64,000 bases of DNA, from positions 178,346-242,345 of the forward strand of contig JBEPZY010000007.1 in the NCBI GenBank assembly GCA_041640595.1, given 5' to 3'. This document shows, piece after piece, positions 52,646-61,123 of this stretch (within the stretch, counting starts at the first letter, position 1; each line of letters starts with the position of its first letter). The position numbers and the translations under genes are program-made. Source of the DNA: Gemmatales bacterium. Its GTDB lineage: Bacteria; Planctomycetota; Planctomycetia; Gemmatales; HRBIN36. The notes under the pieces are model-generated. The model saw only the letters and a list, made by a program, of their open reading frames with translations, made no database searches and had not been told where the DNA came from.

Positions 52646-52762
52646 AAATTCTTAGCGGTTACAGCACTAACTGGACTAACTGTGTCGGACGAAATTCCTG
52701 CGGTTGGGCTATTAGGTTGCGTACTATAGGAAGGCCAGTGGTTAGGAGAGCGTCAGCGACGG

Positions 52763-53590
52763 TTACTGGTTACGGCTTTGGGGTAGAGGTTGGCGGAGTA
52801 ACGAATCGGGGAAACGGTTATCGAAAAGATAAGGGCCGGCTGGTAATTCTAGAGATTTCCAGTGATGAACATACTCCAGAAGTCGCCGCAGTTTGATTTC
52901 ATCGGCTGGTGTATGAGTATTCGGAGAATCCAGTTGTTCCCAAAGCACTATACTTCCGCCATTAGTTTGCAGGCGAAGATCGAGGGTTACCGGGTCGTGT
53001 CCGATCAGTATAGCTTCGAGACCTAGCTGAGTTCGGTAAGGATCGAGGAATAGGGCCACTAAGCATGCTCGTGTCCACGGTGCCGGGATAGGCTTTCCGG
53101 CATGAAAAGCGGGCGGTTCGGTATTATAAACATAGATGGGTAACACGCTTTTTGGCGGCACTGAGGTGGTTTCAGCTAATGCAATAGTGTTTTCGTTCAC
53201 CCACCAGCGTGACTGGACTTTCTTATCTGGCGAGTGAAAGGTGATCGGCACGATTCGGGTCCATTGAACTTCTAAGTGGGGCGATGGCTGCGATTGATAA
53301 CGAATCGCCTTGACCCAGGGCGTGGTTTGTAGTGCCTGCAACAATTGGTGCAAATAAGCGGCGTGTTGTTGCGGGTCGGCCGGGATAGATTGCGGCAGGC
53401 CGGTACGCTGCAATAGTTCTGCTAAGACATGGTCCGGGATATTGTCAGGTGGTGGCGATAGGAGATTGGTGATCGGCAGAGTTGGAGTCGTATGCTGGGA
53501 TAACTGGTGGGGGTGGTAGTGCCACAAGGCGTAGGATGCGGCGAGAACCAGGCAAGCCAGCAGAGTCGTCGCGGTAAGCCAGCGAATCAT
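52763..53590 (-). CDS. membrane-anchored hypothetical protein, possibly a divergent FtsQ/DivIB
   Basis: N-terminal TM helix; 'LQTTPWVKAI...LEVQW' resembles an FtsQ POTRA segment; directly downstream of murB. Confidence 0.5.
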   Translation of the reverse strand: MIRWLTATTLLACLVLAASYALWHYHPHQLSQHTTPTLPITNLLSPPPDNIPDHVLAELLQRTGLPQSIPADPQQHAAYLHQLLQALQTTPWVKAIRYQSQPSPHLEVQWTRIVPITFHSPDKKVQSRWWVNENTIALAETTSVPPKSVLPIYVYNTEPPAFHAGKPIPAPWTRACLVALFLDPYRTQLGLEAILIGHDPVTLDLRLQTNGGSIVLWEQLDSPNTHTPADEIKLRRLLEYVHHWKSLELPAGPYLFDNRFPDSLLRQPLPQSRNQ

Positions 53591-53610
53591 TAGTTCGAGC
53601 GGATTGGCGT

Positions 53611-54483
53611 TTACCAGATGTCCAGCTCCAGCTGGAGCTGATGACCGGTATGGTCGAAAACGCGCTGGCGGATATGCTCGACCAAGCGTAGGACATCGCG
53701 CGCTGTAGCACCCGGATGAGTAACGACAAAGTTGGGGGAGCGTTCACTGAGTTCTGCGCCGCCGAAGCGGACATGGCGAATTCCGGCCTGCTCGAAGAGT
53801 TGCTCAAGCGAGAGTCCGCGAGGCTCCTGGAAAATGCGAGCCGTATGTTGCAGCGAAAACGGTTGCTGTGCCAGGCGGGTGATCCAGGCACGCCGCAAGC
53901 GACGCAAAATGCTGTCCGGGTCGTCGCGTTCCAGATGCAGTTCGACGGACAAAACCACAAGCTGCGAAGGTTGCGGCCCGAGGGCATGCCATTCTTCGGC
54001 CGAGACAGTGCGGTGATGACCCAGCGAATCGAGAAATTCGACAGTGTGTAGCAGGGAAGTAAGCGGCCCACTCCGCGAACCCAGGCTGCAGAATAAGCTC
54101 CCGCCGATGGTTCCGGGGATGCCGATAAGGTTTTCCAGGCCGGCCAACGATTGGCGAGCGGCGGCGGTAATGAGCTGCGATAAGGGAGTAGCAGCGCTGG
54201 CTTGCAAGCGGCAACCGTCCAGGTTGATCTCGCGGAAGTCGGCTGCGCTAAGTCGGCAAACCAGGCCGGGGACGCCTTCGTCACGCACCAGTACGTTCGT
54301 TCCACCGGCCAGAATCCGCCAGGGAATGTTTTGCTCACGACACGCTTGCAACAACTCGGCTAGCTGTTGTTTGGAACGTGGCTCGGCGAACCACTGAGCT
54401 CGTCCGCCCACCCGGAGCGAGGTGTACTCCGCGAGCGGTTCCTGTGCGGACAGAATGTCTGCAAAGCGTTCTGCCAGGCTCAT
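53611..54483 (-). CDS. murB: UDP-N-acetylenolpyruvoylglucosamine reductase-like FAD protein (divergent)
   Basis: PLAEYTSLRVGGRA, GGTNVLVRDEG, GLE...GIPGTIGG, GGAELS...NF, C-terminal LQLELDIW; start uncertain. Confidence 0.8.
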   Translation of the reverse strand: MSLAERFADILSAQEPLAEYTSLRVGGRAQWFAEPRSKQQLAELLQACREQNIPWRILAGGTNVLVRDEGVPGLVCRLSAADFREINLDGCRLQASAATPLSQLITAAARQSLAGLENLIGIPGTIGGSLFCSLGSRSGPLTSLLHTVEFLDSLGHHRTVSAEEWHALGPQPSQLVVLSVELHLERDDPDSILRRLRRAWITRLAQQPFSLQHTARIFQEPRGLSLEQLFEQAGIRHVRFGGAELSERSPNFVVTHPGATARDVLRLVEHIRQRVFDHTGHQLQLELDIW

Positions 54484-54600
54484 GCCAATTTGTGTCATCG
54501 TGGTCGGAAACGAATCCTTGCGGATCATACGATAACCAAGCTCGCGCGTCAATCGAATCAAAGTGAGTCTGGGCCAGCACGACCGTGTGTTTATCCCAGA

Positions 54601-55491
54601 TTACCGCTGCCAGACCAGCCATCCCAGGCAACGTCGTGAACAGGCGGAAAGAGCCTGTTCCAGTGAGTCGCCGGAGCCGCGTGTAACATTCCGCTGGGTT
54701 AGGAAGCAGGTTGCATCGGCGAGCATGGCCAGCGGGAATACCCAGGCAGAGGTCGCGCTGGTCCACCAAACAATGAGGGAGTAACCGCCTCTCAATTCGG
54801 TCATTCGTGCCTGCCAATCCCAGGTCCAGAACCGGCGTTGAGCGATGGCGAGGTGATGACCGGGCCCCAGGTAATGCAAGCCAGCTAACTCGGTACTTTG
54901 AACGACGGCGTCGAGTGGCAAACCGGCCAGCCAGTCAGTCCAACCAGGTGCTTTTGTTCGCCGAAGGTAGTCCGATAAACCAGAGGTATGATCGACTTCT
55001 ACCAGTAACAGCGGGGATGTACATTCCTTCAAAATGTTCACAAGGCAGAGGGGAGCAAGCGGGTCTGCCGCGTCTGGCTCAAGCGAGACCAACAGTAAAG
55101 AAGCAGCGCGAACCTGTTGTAATGTTTGCCACAATGCGTGGACGGCCGGACGCCACTCGGCGATGTGTGCCGGGTCAACAATCAATCCGGCCGCGATGCT
55201 TTGCAAACCTGGCCTGGTTGCGAAACTGTCCGGATATGGCTCAAACCGAATCTCCGACTTGGCTGGCTTGTCATGATCAGGAATGGGGGCAGGCTTCTCG
55301 TTATCCGCAGGCTCGGGAATTTCAATAAACGGCACCGTGTCGGGATTCTGATCTTCCTGACAGAGGTCGTCCGATTCGGAAACCCGTACCGATGCAGCAG
55401 GCAAGTCTGACTCCAGCAAAACGGGATCGCTGTCCGGCGGAGTGCCGATTCGATTGCGGATTGGCTTGCGGGAATGTAGCAGTCGGCTCAT
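54601..55491 (-). CDS. hypothetical protein with degenerate CpsD/CapB (BY-kinase)/MinD-like fold
   Basis: LLLVEVD....LSDYL....APGWTDWLAG.PLD.VVQ.T...GLHYLGPG resembles the kinase core; no Walker A GKS/T. Confidence 0.55.
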   Translation of the reverse strand: MSRLLHSRKPIRNRIGTPPDSDPVLLESDLPAASVRVSESDDLCQEDQNPDTVPFIEIPEPADNEKPAPIPDHDKPAKSEIRFEPYPDSFATRPGLQSIAAGLIVDPAHIAEWRPAVHALWQTLQQVRAASLLLVSLEPDAADPLAPLCLVNILKECTSPLLLVEVDHTSGLSDYLRRTKAPGWTDWLAGLPLDAVVQSTELAGLHYLGPGHHLAIAQRRFWTWDWQARMTELRGGYSLIVWWTSATSAWVFPLAMLADATCFLTQRNVTRGSGDSLEQALSACSRRCLGWLVWQR

Positions 55492-55522
55492 GATTGCTTT
55501 GCTCCAAAAAAGCCCGGCAAGA

Positions 55523-56395
55523 TCAGGCGGCAGAAGTTTCACTCAGGTGTTGTTCCGCTAAAGCGGTTTCCGCGAGCCCGAGTTCTTCGAGAACAGCCAG
55601 CATGGTCTCGGCATCCACTCGCTTTTTCCCGGAAAGAAACGCCACGCTCAACGCGCGAGCGGCCGCCTGGTGCAGGCGACGAATAATGCCGCGGCAGCCT
55701 GCAAGGAGAAGCTGGGTAGATTCTTCGTCAAACAGACGCGACCAGGATAAACCTCCGCGACTAACGACCTGCTGCAGGTGCTGGCGACATTCCGCCTCGT
55801 CAAGAGGCTCGAGCCAGACGCAGTAACCAACGGTCTCTGCCCAGTCCTGCAGTGGCTCCCGTTCTAACCGTGATAACAACTCCGGACGACTCACCAGGAG
55901 TACCTGCAGAATGCCAGTTTGCCCCGGCGCTACCGCCAGGACTTGCTCCCATTCTTGGAGGATGGCGTCCGGCCAGTGCTGAACGGCATCGGCGATGATG
56001 AGAACTCGTTTACCCGCCTGTTGCTGACTGACCAGCCACTCCATCAGTCTCAGCCGCAACGTGTTGGTGACAAGTGAGGATTCGATTCCGCCGGGAACAT
56101 GCCAGGGCAGGTCGAGATCGAAGAGCAGGGATTGGTACAGGGCACCGATATCCTGAGGGACACCGGGAGGCATCCAGAGAACGCAACGCTCGTCCTTGAG
56201 GTGAGATGCCAGCTCCACCGCTAAACGGGTTTTTCCCGTACCCGCTTCGCCAACCAGAAGTACCAGGCCATGCCCGTCGGCCAAAGTATTCAGCAACTGT
56301 TGACGGGCGACCAACTGGGTCGGCAGCAATGGCAAAGACTGATCGAAGGCTGGCGTGAAAATGCGTTCGCGCAGACCGAAATGTTCTTCCCACAT
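55523..56395 (-). CDS. ExeA-like AAA ATPase
   Basis: MWEEHFGLRERIF, GEAGTGKT, LIIADA Walker-B-like segment, C-terminal GIIRRL. Confidence 0.85.
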   Translation of the reverse strand: MWEEHFGLRERIFTPAFDQSLPLLPTQLVARQQLLNTLADGHGLVLLVGEAGTGKTRLAVELASHLKDERCVLWMPPGVPQDIGALYQSLLFDLDLPWHVPGGIESSLVTNTLRLRLMEWLVSQQQAGKRVLIIADAVQHWPDAILQEWEQVLAVAPGQTGILQVLLVSRPELLSRLEREPLQDWAETVGYCVWLEPLDEAECRQHLQQVVSRGGLSWSRLFDEESTQLLLAGCRGIIRRLHQAAARALSVAFLSGKKRVDAETMLAVLEELGLAETALAEQHLSETSAA

Positions 56396-56681
56396 GAGCT
56401 GATTCTCGCTCAGGCACTCCGTCGCTTCGCGTGCCAGATGAAGGCCACGACGGTTTAAGGGGTGGTGCTTGGCCGGGCTTTGACAGATGATCTCTCACGT
56501 GCAGGGGATTGCGAATGCCCAGGCATTCACCTTCCCTGCATTGGCCATCGTGACAATCGAGACGATTCTTTATTCGCGGTGCTGGCGCCGTACAAAAATG
56601 ATGCACGGTCTGCGTAAGAAAAGCGGCTTTTGCTAAGAGCACTGGCAAAACTGCCGGTAGAGCCGATGAAAAGAGGCCAAA

Positions 56682-57569
56682 ATGACGGCACGGATTCTCG
56701 ACGGTAAGCAATTAGCCGAAAACATTCGCCGCGAGCTCCAGGCGGAGATCGAAACCTTTGTGCGACAAACGGGGAAGCGACCCGGTCTGGCGGCGGTGCT
56801 GGTAGGGGATAATCCTGCCAGTCAGGTTTACGTTCGTAACAAACGCCGGGCCTGTGAACAGGTCGGTATTGCCAGCTGGCTGTACCATCTGCCGCAGGAG
56901 ACCACCGAGTCTCAGTTGCTCGAGTTGATTGGGCAACTGAACGCCGACCCTAACGTGAGCGGAATTCTCGTGCAGTTACCTTTGCCGCCGCAAATCCGCC
57001 AGGAGAAAGTTCTTCGGACAGTGCTTCCGAGCAAAGACGTGGATGGATTTGGCCCGGAAAATCTGGGTTTACTGGCCGCGGGCCAGCCCCGCTACGTTCC
57101 CTGCACACCCCTGGGAGTGCAGCAATTGCTTCGGCGTTACGATATTCCCATAGCCGGCCGTCATGTGGTAATCCTGGGTCGCAGCACAATAGTCGGTAAA
57201 CCACTGGCTTTGCTCCTGCTCCAGAGATCGCCCGATGCCGACGCTACCGTGACCGTTTGCCATAGCCGCACCGAGAACCTCCCGGCCATCACGCGGCAGG
57301 CCGACATACTGATTGCCGCTATCGGTCAGCCACGTTTTGTGAAAGCTGATATGGTGAAAGCTGGAGCAGTCGTCGTGGACGTTGGTATAACCCGGCTTGC
57401 CGACGGGAGTTTGGTTGGGGACGTGGATTTTGAGACGGTGTCGCAGGTAGCTTCCGCCATCACTCCGGTTCCTGGGGGCGTCGGCCCAATGACCGTTGCT
57501 ATGTTGTTATACAACACTTTTCGTGCCGCACAGTTGCAGTGGGGTATGCAGCAGTCGCCGGGTTCGTAG
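56682..57569 (+). CDS. folD: methylenetetrahydrofolate dehydrogenase/cyclohydrolase
   Basis: PAS.VYV.NK, GILVQLPLP, KDVDG, PCTP, GRSTIVGKP, TPVPGGVGPMT. Confidence 0.97.
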   Translation: MTARILDGKQLAENIRRELQAEIETFVRQTGKRPGLAAVLVGDNPASQVYVRNKRRACEQVGIASWLYHLPQETTESQLLELIGQLNADPNVSGILVQLPLPPQIRQEKVLRTVLPSKDVDGFGPENLGLLAAGQPRYVPCTPLGVQQLLRRYDIPIAGRHVVILGRSTIVGKPLALLLLQRSPDADATVTVCHSRTENLPAITRQADILIAAIGQPRFVKADMVKAGAVVVDVGITRLADGSLVGDVDFETVSQVASAITPVPGGVGPMTVAMLLYNTFRAAQLQWGMQQSPGS

Positions 57570-57945
57570 GCAACGTCTGCCAACAGCCGGTCCAAATCAC
57601 TAAGCCGGGGCGAATTAGCGAACGTGGACAACAGCCCGCTGGATGTGCCAAACGGAACCGCAGCCAGCGTCGGCCAATGAGTCCAAGCGACGACTCGCTA
57701 GGCGTTTGCTTCTCGCCAGGTGCTTGCTTCTATCAGGCAACGACGTCAGTTACATGCTAAATTTCATCCGACCTTCGGTTGTGGACATCAACGCGATTGC
57801 TGTAAGTCAGGAGACAATGCAGGCCAGGGTCAACCAATTAGCTAAAGCCACGGCTAAGCAGGTTCACTTGTGACCGGCTTCTCGTGAGCAATGCAGGTCA
57901 ACCAGTTGGCTAGAGCGAAGGCCAAACGCATTTGAAGGCCATACA

Positions 57946-58056
57946 GTTTCAATCGCCGGGCTGTCGCGGTCGCTGGTCAATGGAGACGGCGGATAACGAC
58001 AGGGTGCGGTGTCAGATTTGTTTCAATCGCCGGGCTGTCGCGGTCGCTGGTCAATG
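57946..58056 (-). CRISPR. single-spacer CRISPR-like unit (37-bp repeat, 37-bp spacer, 37-bp repeat); no cas genes in window
   Basis: Identical copies of GTTTCAATCGCCGGGCTGTCGCGGTCGCTGGTCAATG at 57946-57982 and 58020-58056; reverse complement ends ATTGAAAC; spacer 57983-58019. Confidence 0.5.
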
Positions 58057-58994
58057 ATTTCGATGCGATAGTTATTGCCAATTCGGCGAACGGAGAAAAT
58101 CGTGACCAGTTGCCGTCGTTCCAGTTCATCTTCCGTCAAACCCCGATAACTCAGTTCGCGTTCCGCCAGGGCTTTTTCGAGTTCGACCGGGAAGAAAACG
58201 AAAATCCGATTGGGTTTGAAATCGAGCCGCAGAGCATCGGCCAGGGCAGCGACAGAGTTCGGATTATCGTCCGTCCAGTGAATCAGACGCCGACTCAGAG
58301 CCGCAAAAGCGTCCTGATTTTCCAGGGTGGGCTTGAGGTTTCGTTCGGGCAAATTGCGGTAGAACAGATATAAACCGTCCGGTCGCGGCACAACTACCAT
58401 GGCCTGCAATTCGATCAGGCGATTGAGATATTCACGGGAGGAATTGTAGGGCATGAGCACTTTCCAGCGGTGCATACGGCGAGCGCGAGCGGATTGCACT
58501 CCCGGGCCTACACCAGAACCGATACCCGGGCCGGTTCCCGAACCAAGACCGCCTCCGGTTCCCGGTCCACCACGTCCTGGATCTCCTGGTTTACCACGCG
58601 GCCGTTCCGGTTGAGCTTCGGGTGGTTTTTCCACAACCGTTGGCGGAGCCTTTTCCGGTTCCGGCTCAGCTTCAGGTTTGACTTCTTCCGGTTTGCTCGG
58701 CGGTGGCTGTTCGACAGCATCCGGTGGACTGCCATCACCTTCACCGCCTCCGCCGGCATCTATCACATCCATAAGCGGCGGTTCTGGGTTGTACGACCAG
58801 AATCCGCAGCCACCATACGACGTGATGACCGTGAATCCGAGTATCAGAAACAGATGCAGCAACACCGCCGAACCTAACGACAGCGGCAATTCGTGATGCG
58901 AGGAGTATTTTTGATAGAGTGGTTCCTCGTGGAAAATGGGGGAGCGGCTACTTGCGGGCGATCGGTTATCCAAGGCTGGAACCTGGCTGGCCAT
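58023..58994 (-). CDS. single-TM hypothetical protein with Pro/Glu- and Gly-rich linker (TonB-like architecture)
   Basis: SAVLLHLF TM helix, PPPSKPEEVKPE linker, GGPGTGGG.G.G repeat, globular C-terminus. Confidence 0.75.
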   Translation of the reverse strand: MASQVPALDNRSPASSRSPIFHEEPLYQKYSSHHELPLSLGSAVLLHLFLILGFTVITSYGGCGFWSYNPEPPLMDVIDAGGGGEGDGSPPDAVEQPPPSKPEEVKPEAEPEPEKAPPTVVEKPPEAQPERPRGKPGDPGRGGPGTGGGLGSGTGPGIGSGVGPGVQSARARRMHRWKVLMPYNSSREYLNRLIELQAMVVVPRPDGLYLFYRNLPERNLKPTLENQDAFAALSRRLIHWTDDNPNSVAALADALRLDFKPNRIFVFFPVELEKALAERELSYRGLTEDELERRQLVTIFSVRRIGNNYRIEIIDQRPRQPGD

Positions 58995-59394
58995 AGCATA
59001 CGCCCTGTAAGATGGTTACTCCGTTTGCCCTGGCTATCGAGCCGTTTTGCAACTAAGACACCCGGATCATCCTACCGTCCTTCCGAGCTATTGTACAGGC
59101 TTTCGCGGAGACTTTCGAGTCGGTGTAGTTGGCTGACGAAGACTCCGCGACCGTCGGGGCATCGGGGCAAGCGTAAGTTATATCTCCGGCAAAAATGCGA
59201 CTTTCTCGATGAGTGTAGGCGTCAACCGCCAGGTTTGGTAAACTGCAATCAACAGGACTGGAGTGATGGTGGCCGACTGCTCTGGTAAAATTCTGGACAA
59301 TAACACGCGGAGTGCGTGAGAGGACCAAACAGACAGAGCAGTACTCGCCGGGAAACTCCTATCACGGGGCCAACCGATAATCTCGGAGCAGGCT

Positions 59395-60117
59395 ATGGCA
59401 GAACTCAAGGGCCGGCCACGACGGCCATTGCTACGCCGCTTGAATCGGTGGTTGCAATCGAAGCTTCCTGAACGAGCCGACCCTGTACGCTACAATCAGC
59501 TCGTGCGCGAGACCTATGATGGACCTGCCGGGTGGTTCACGCTCATCACCGGCTACCTGACCGGACACGAGCCGCTGGCCCGGAGACTGATCCGGCCGGA
59601 AGCATTTGATGTTCGTGGCTGCAAACGTATCCTGGACGCTGGAACAGGAAACGGCCGATATCTGCGCATCCTCGAACAACGTGCAGATGCCGACGCGCTC
59701 ATTGTCGGATGCGATCTCTCTCTGGGCATGTTACGCCGAGCAGCCAAACGAGTGAAAACCGGTCGGCCCTTGCTGGTACAGGCTGACGTGACCCGCTTGC
59801 CCTATCCGGACGAATGCTTCGATGCCATTATTTTCGGCTGGGTACTGGAACATCTGCCCAATCCACTGGCCGGGTTACGGGAATTGGCGCGGGTTTTGCG
59901 CCCAAACGGCAAGATGCTCCTGATGACCACTGAGGACAACACCCTGGGAGCCATTTGCAGTCGCGTGTACCATTGCCGAGCCACCCGCCGGATCCAGCTG
60001 CGACGCTGGTGCACTCAGGCGGGGCTCGTCTGGCACCGGGAGTGGTGGTGGTCGCGATTGCATCAGGCGTTGCGGCTGGGCGGTATTGTTGTCGAGTTAC
60101 GACGCAGTGACCACTGA
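59395..60117 (+). CDS. class I SAM-dependent methyltransferase
   Basis: ILDAGTGNG, DLSLGML, ADVTRLPY...FD, RVLRPNG. Confidence 0.9.
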   Translation: MAELKGRPRRPLLRRLNRWLQSKLPERADPVRYNQLVRETYDGPAGWFTLITGYLTGHEPLARRLIRPEAFDVRGCKRILDAGTGNGRYLRILEQRADADALIVGCDLSLGMLRRAAKRVKTGRPLLVQADVTRLPYPDECFDAIIFGWVLEHLPNPLAGLRELARVLRPNGKMLLMTTEDNTLGAICSRVYHCRATRRIQLRRWCTQAGLVWHREWWWSRLHQALRLGGIVVELRRSDH

Positions 60118-60943
60118 CTTGAGCCTGGAGATTGCGGCGGTGACTTCCGACAGGAAAGACTTGCAGGCATTAGCAGAAGCCTGGAGCCGGGTTGCTGCGG
60201 ATTACGAGAGCCATTTCATTGATCCGTACGCAGCGCAGGTCAAAAATCCTTTGTGGCGCTGGCTGGATCGTATTCCCCGTCGTCAGGAAAAAACCGTAGC
60301 CGACCTCGGCTGTGGGACGGGGCCGATTCTGCCGCAACTGGCTTCCCGATTCACCCGCGTGATCGCCGTGGATTTCGCTCCCGCCATGCTGGAACGTGCC
60401 CGACAACGCTGCCGCCAGTTCGCCAACGTGGAGTTTCACCATCTCGCTTTGCAGAATCTCCAGCCACTCCACGGTAGCCTGGACGTAGCCATCGCCATCA
60501 ACAGTCTCGGCCTGCCCAATCCGGCTGAGATTGACCAGGCTCTCCGCGAAATCTGGCAGTGTTTGCGTCCGCGTGGCTGGTTTTTCGGGATTGTGCCCGC
60601 TATGGATGCCATTCATTATTTCACTATGCTGTTAGTGGATCGGGCGCTGGCTCGCGGTTTGCCACTCGACCTGGCTCGCAAAAATGCTGCCCACCACGCC
60701 ACACACGCCGAATACGATTTCGCCTTCAGTCGCTTTCTTTATCGCGGCACCGAACAGCATTTCTGGTTCGGCTTCGAGGTTCCCTACCGGCTGCGCCGTG
60801 CTGGTTTTGTCCGCATCCACGTGGAAAAGCTATACATCCCCTGGGATCAGATTTCCAAACTTAAAGACCTGGCGGAGCACCCACCTACCTGGGATTGGTT
60901 TTTCGTTGCCCGTCGGCCTGCGGATCACCGCGATCGTGTCTGA
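60086..60943 (+). CDS. class I SAM-dependent methyltransferase
   Basis: VADLGCGTG, AVDFAPAML, LRPRG; true start probably a later GTG (60107 or 60140). Confidence 0.88.
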   Translation: MLSSYDAVTTDLSLEIAAVTSDRKDLQALAEAWSRVAADYESHFIDPYAAQVKNPLWRWLDRIPRRQEKTVADLGCGTGPILPQLASRFTRVIAVDFAPAMLERARQRCRQFANVEFHHLALQNLQPLHGSLDVAIAINSLGLPNPAEIDQALREIWQCLRPRGWFFGIVPAMDAIHYFTMLLVDRALARGLPLDLARKNAAHHATHAEYDFAFSRFLYRGTEQHFWFGFEVPYRLRRAGFVRIHVEKLYIPWDQISKLKDLAEHPPTWDWFFVARRPADHRDRV

Positions 60944-61123
60944 CCCGACAACCCAGCCAGGATCGTGGACATATCCGGCAAATTCATTCGCTCTTGCCTG
61001 CCAGCAAAAAGCCTCGAAATTTTGCGTAACACCAAGACGGGGAGCTTGCATGTCGATCACTAGGACGACGGCACCGTCCCCCAGACTGGAAATTTTGCGC
61101 AACACAAGGACAGGGAGCTTGCC

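Noticed and set aside
53445..54338. 297-aa alternative-frame ORF over murB
   Set aside because: Shadow ORF in GC-rich DNA; the murB frame carries the motifs
56010..56711. 233-aa minus-strand ORF
   Set aside because: Overlaps the ExeA-like gene and the folD start; no recognisable features
59132..59150. CTGACGA as a hammerhead ribozyme core
   Set aside because: No correctly placed GAAA or three-stem junction
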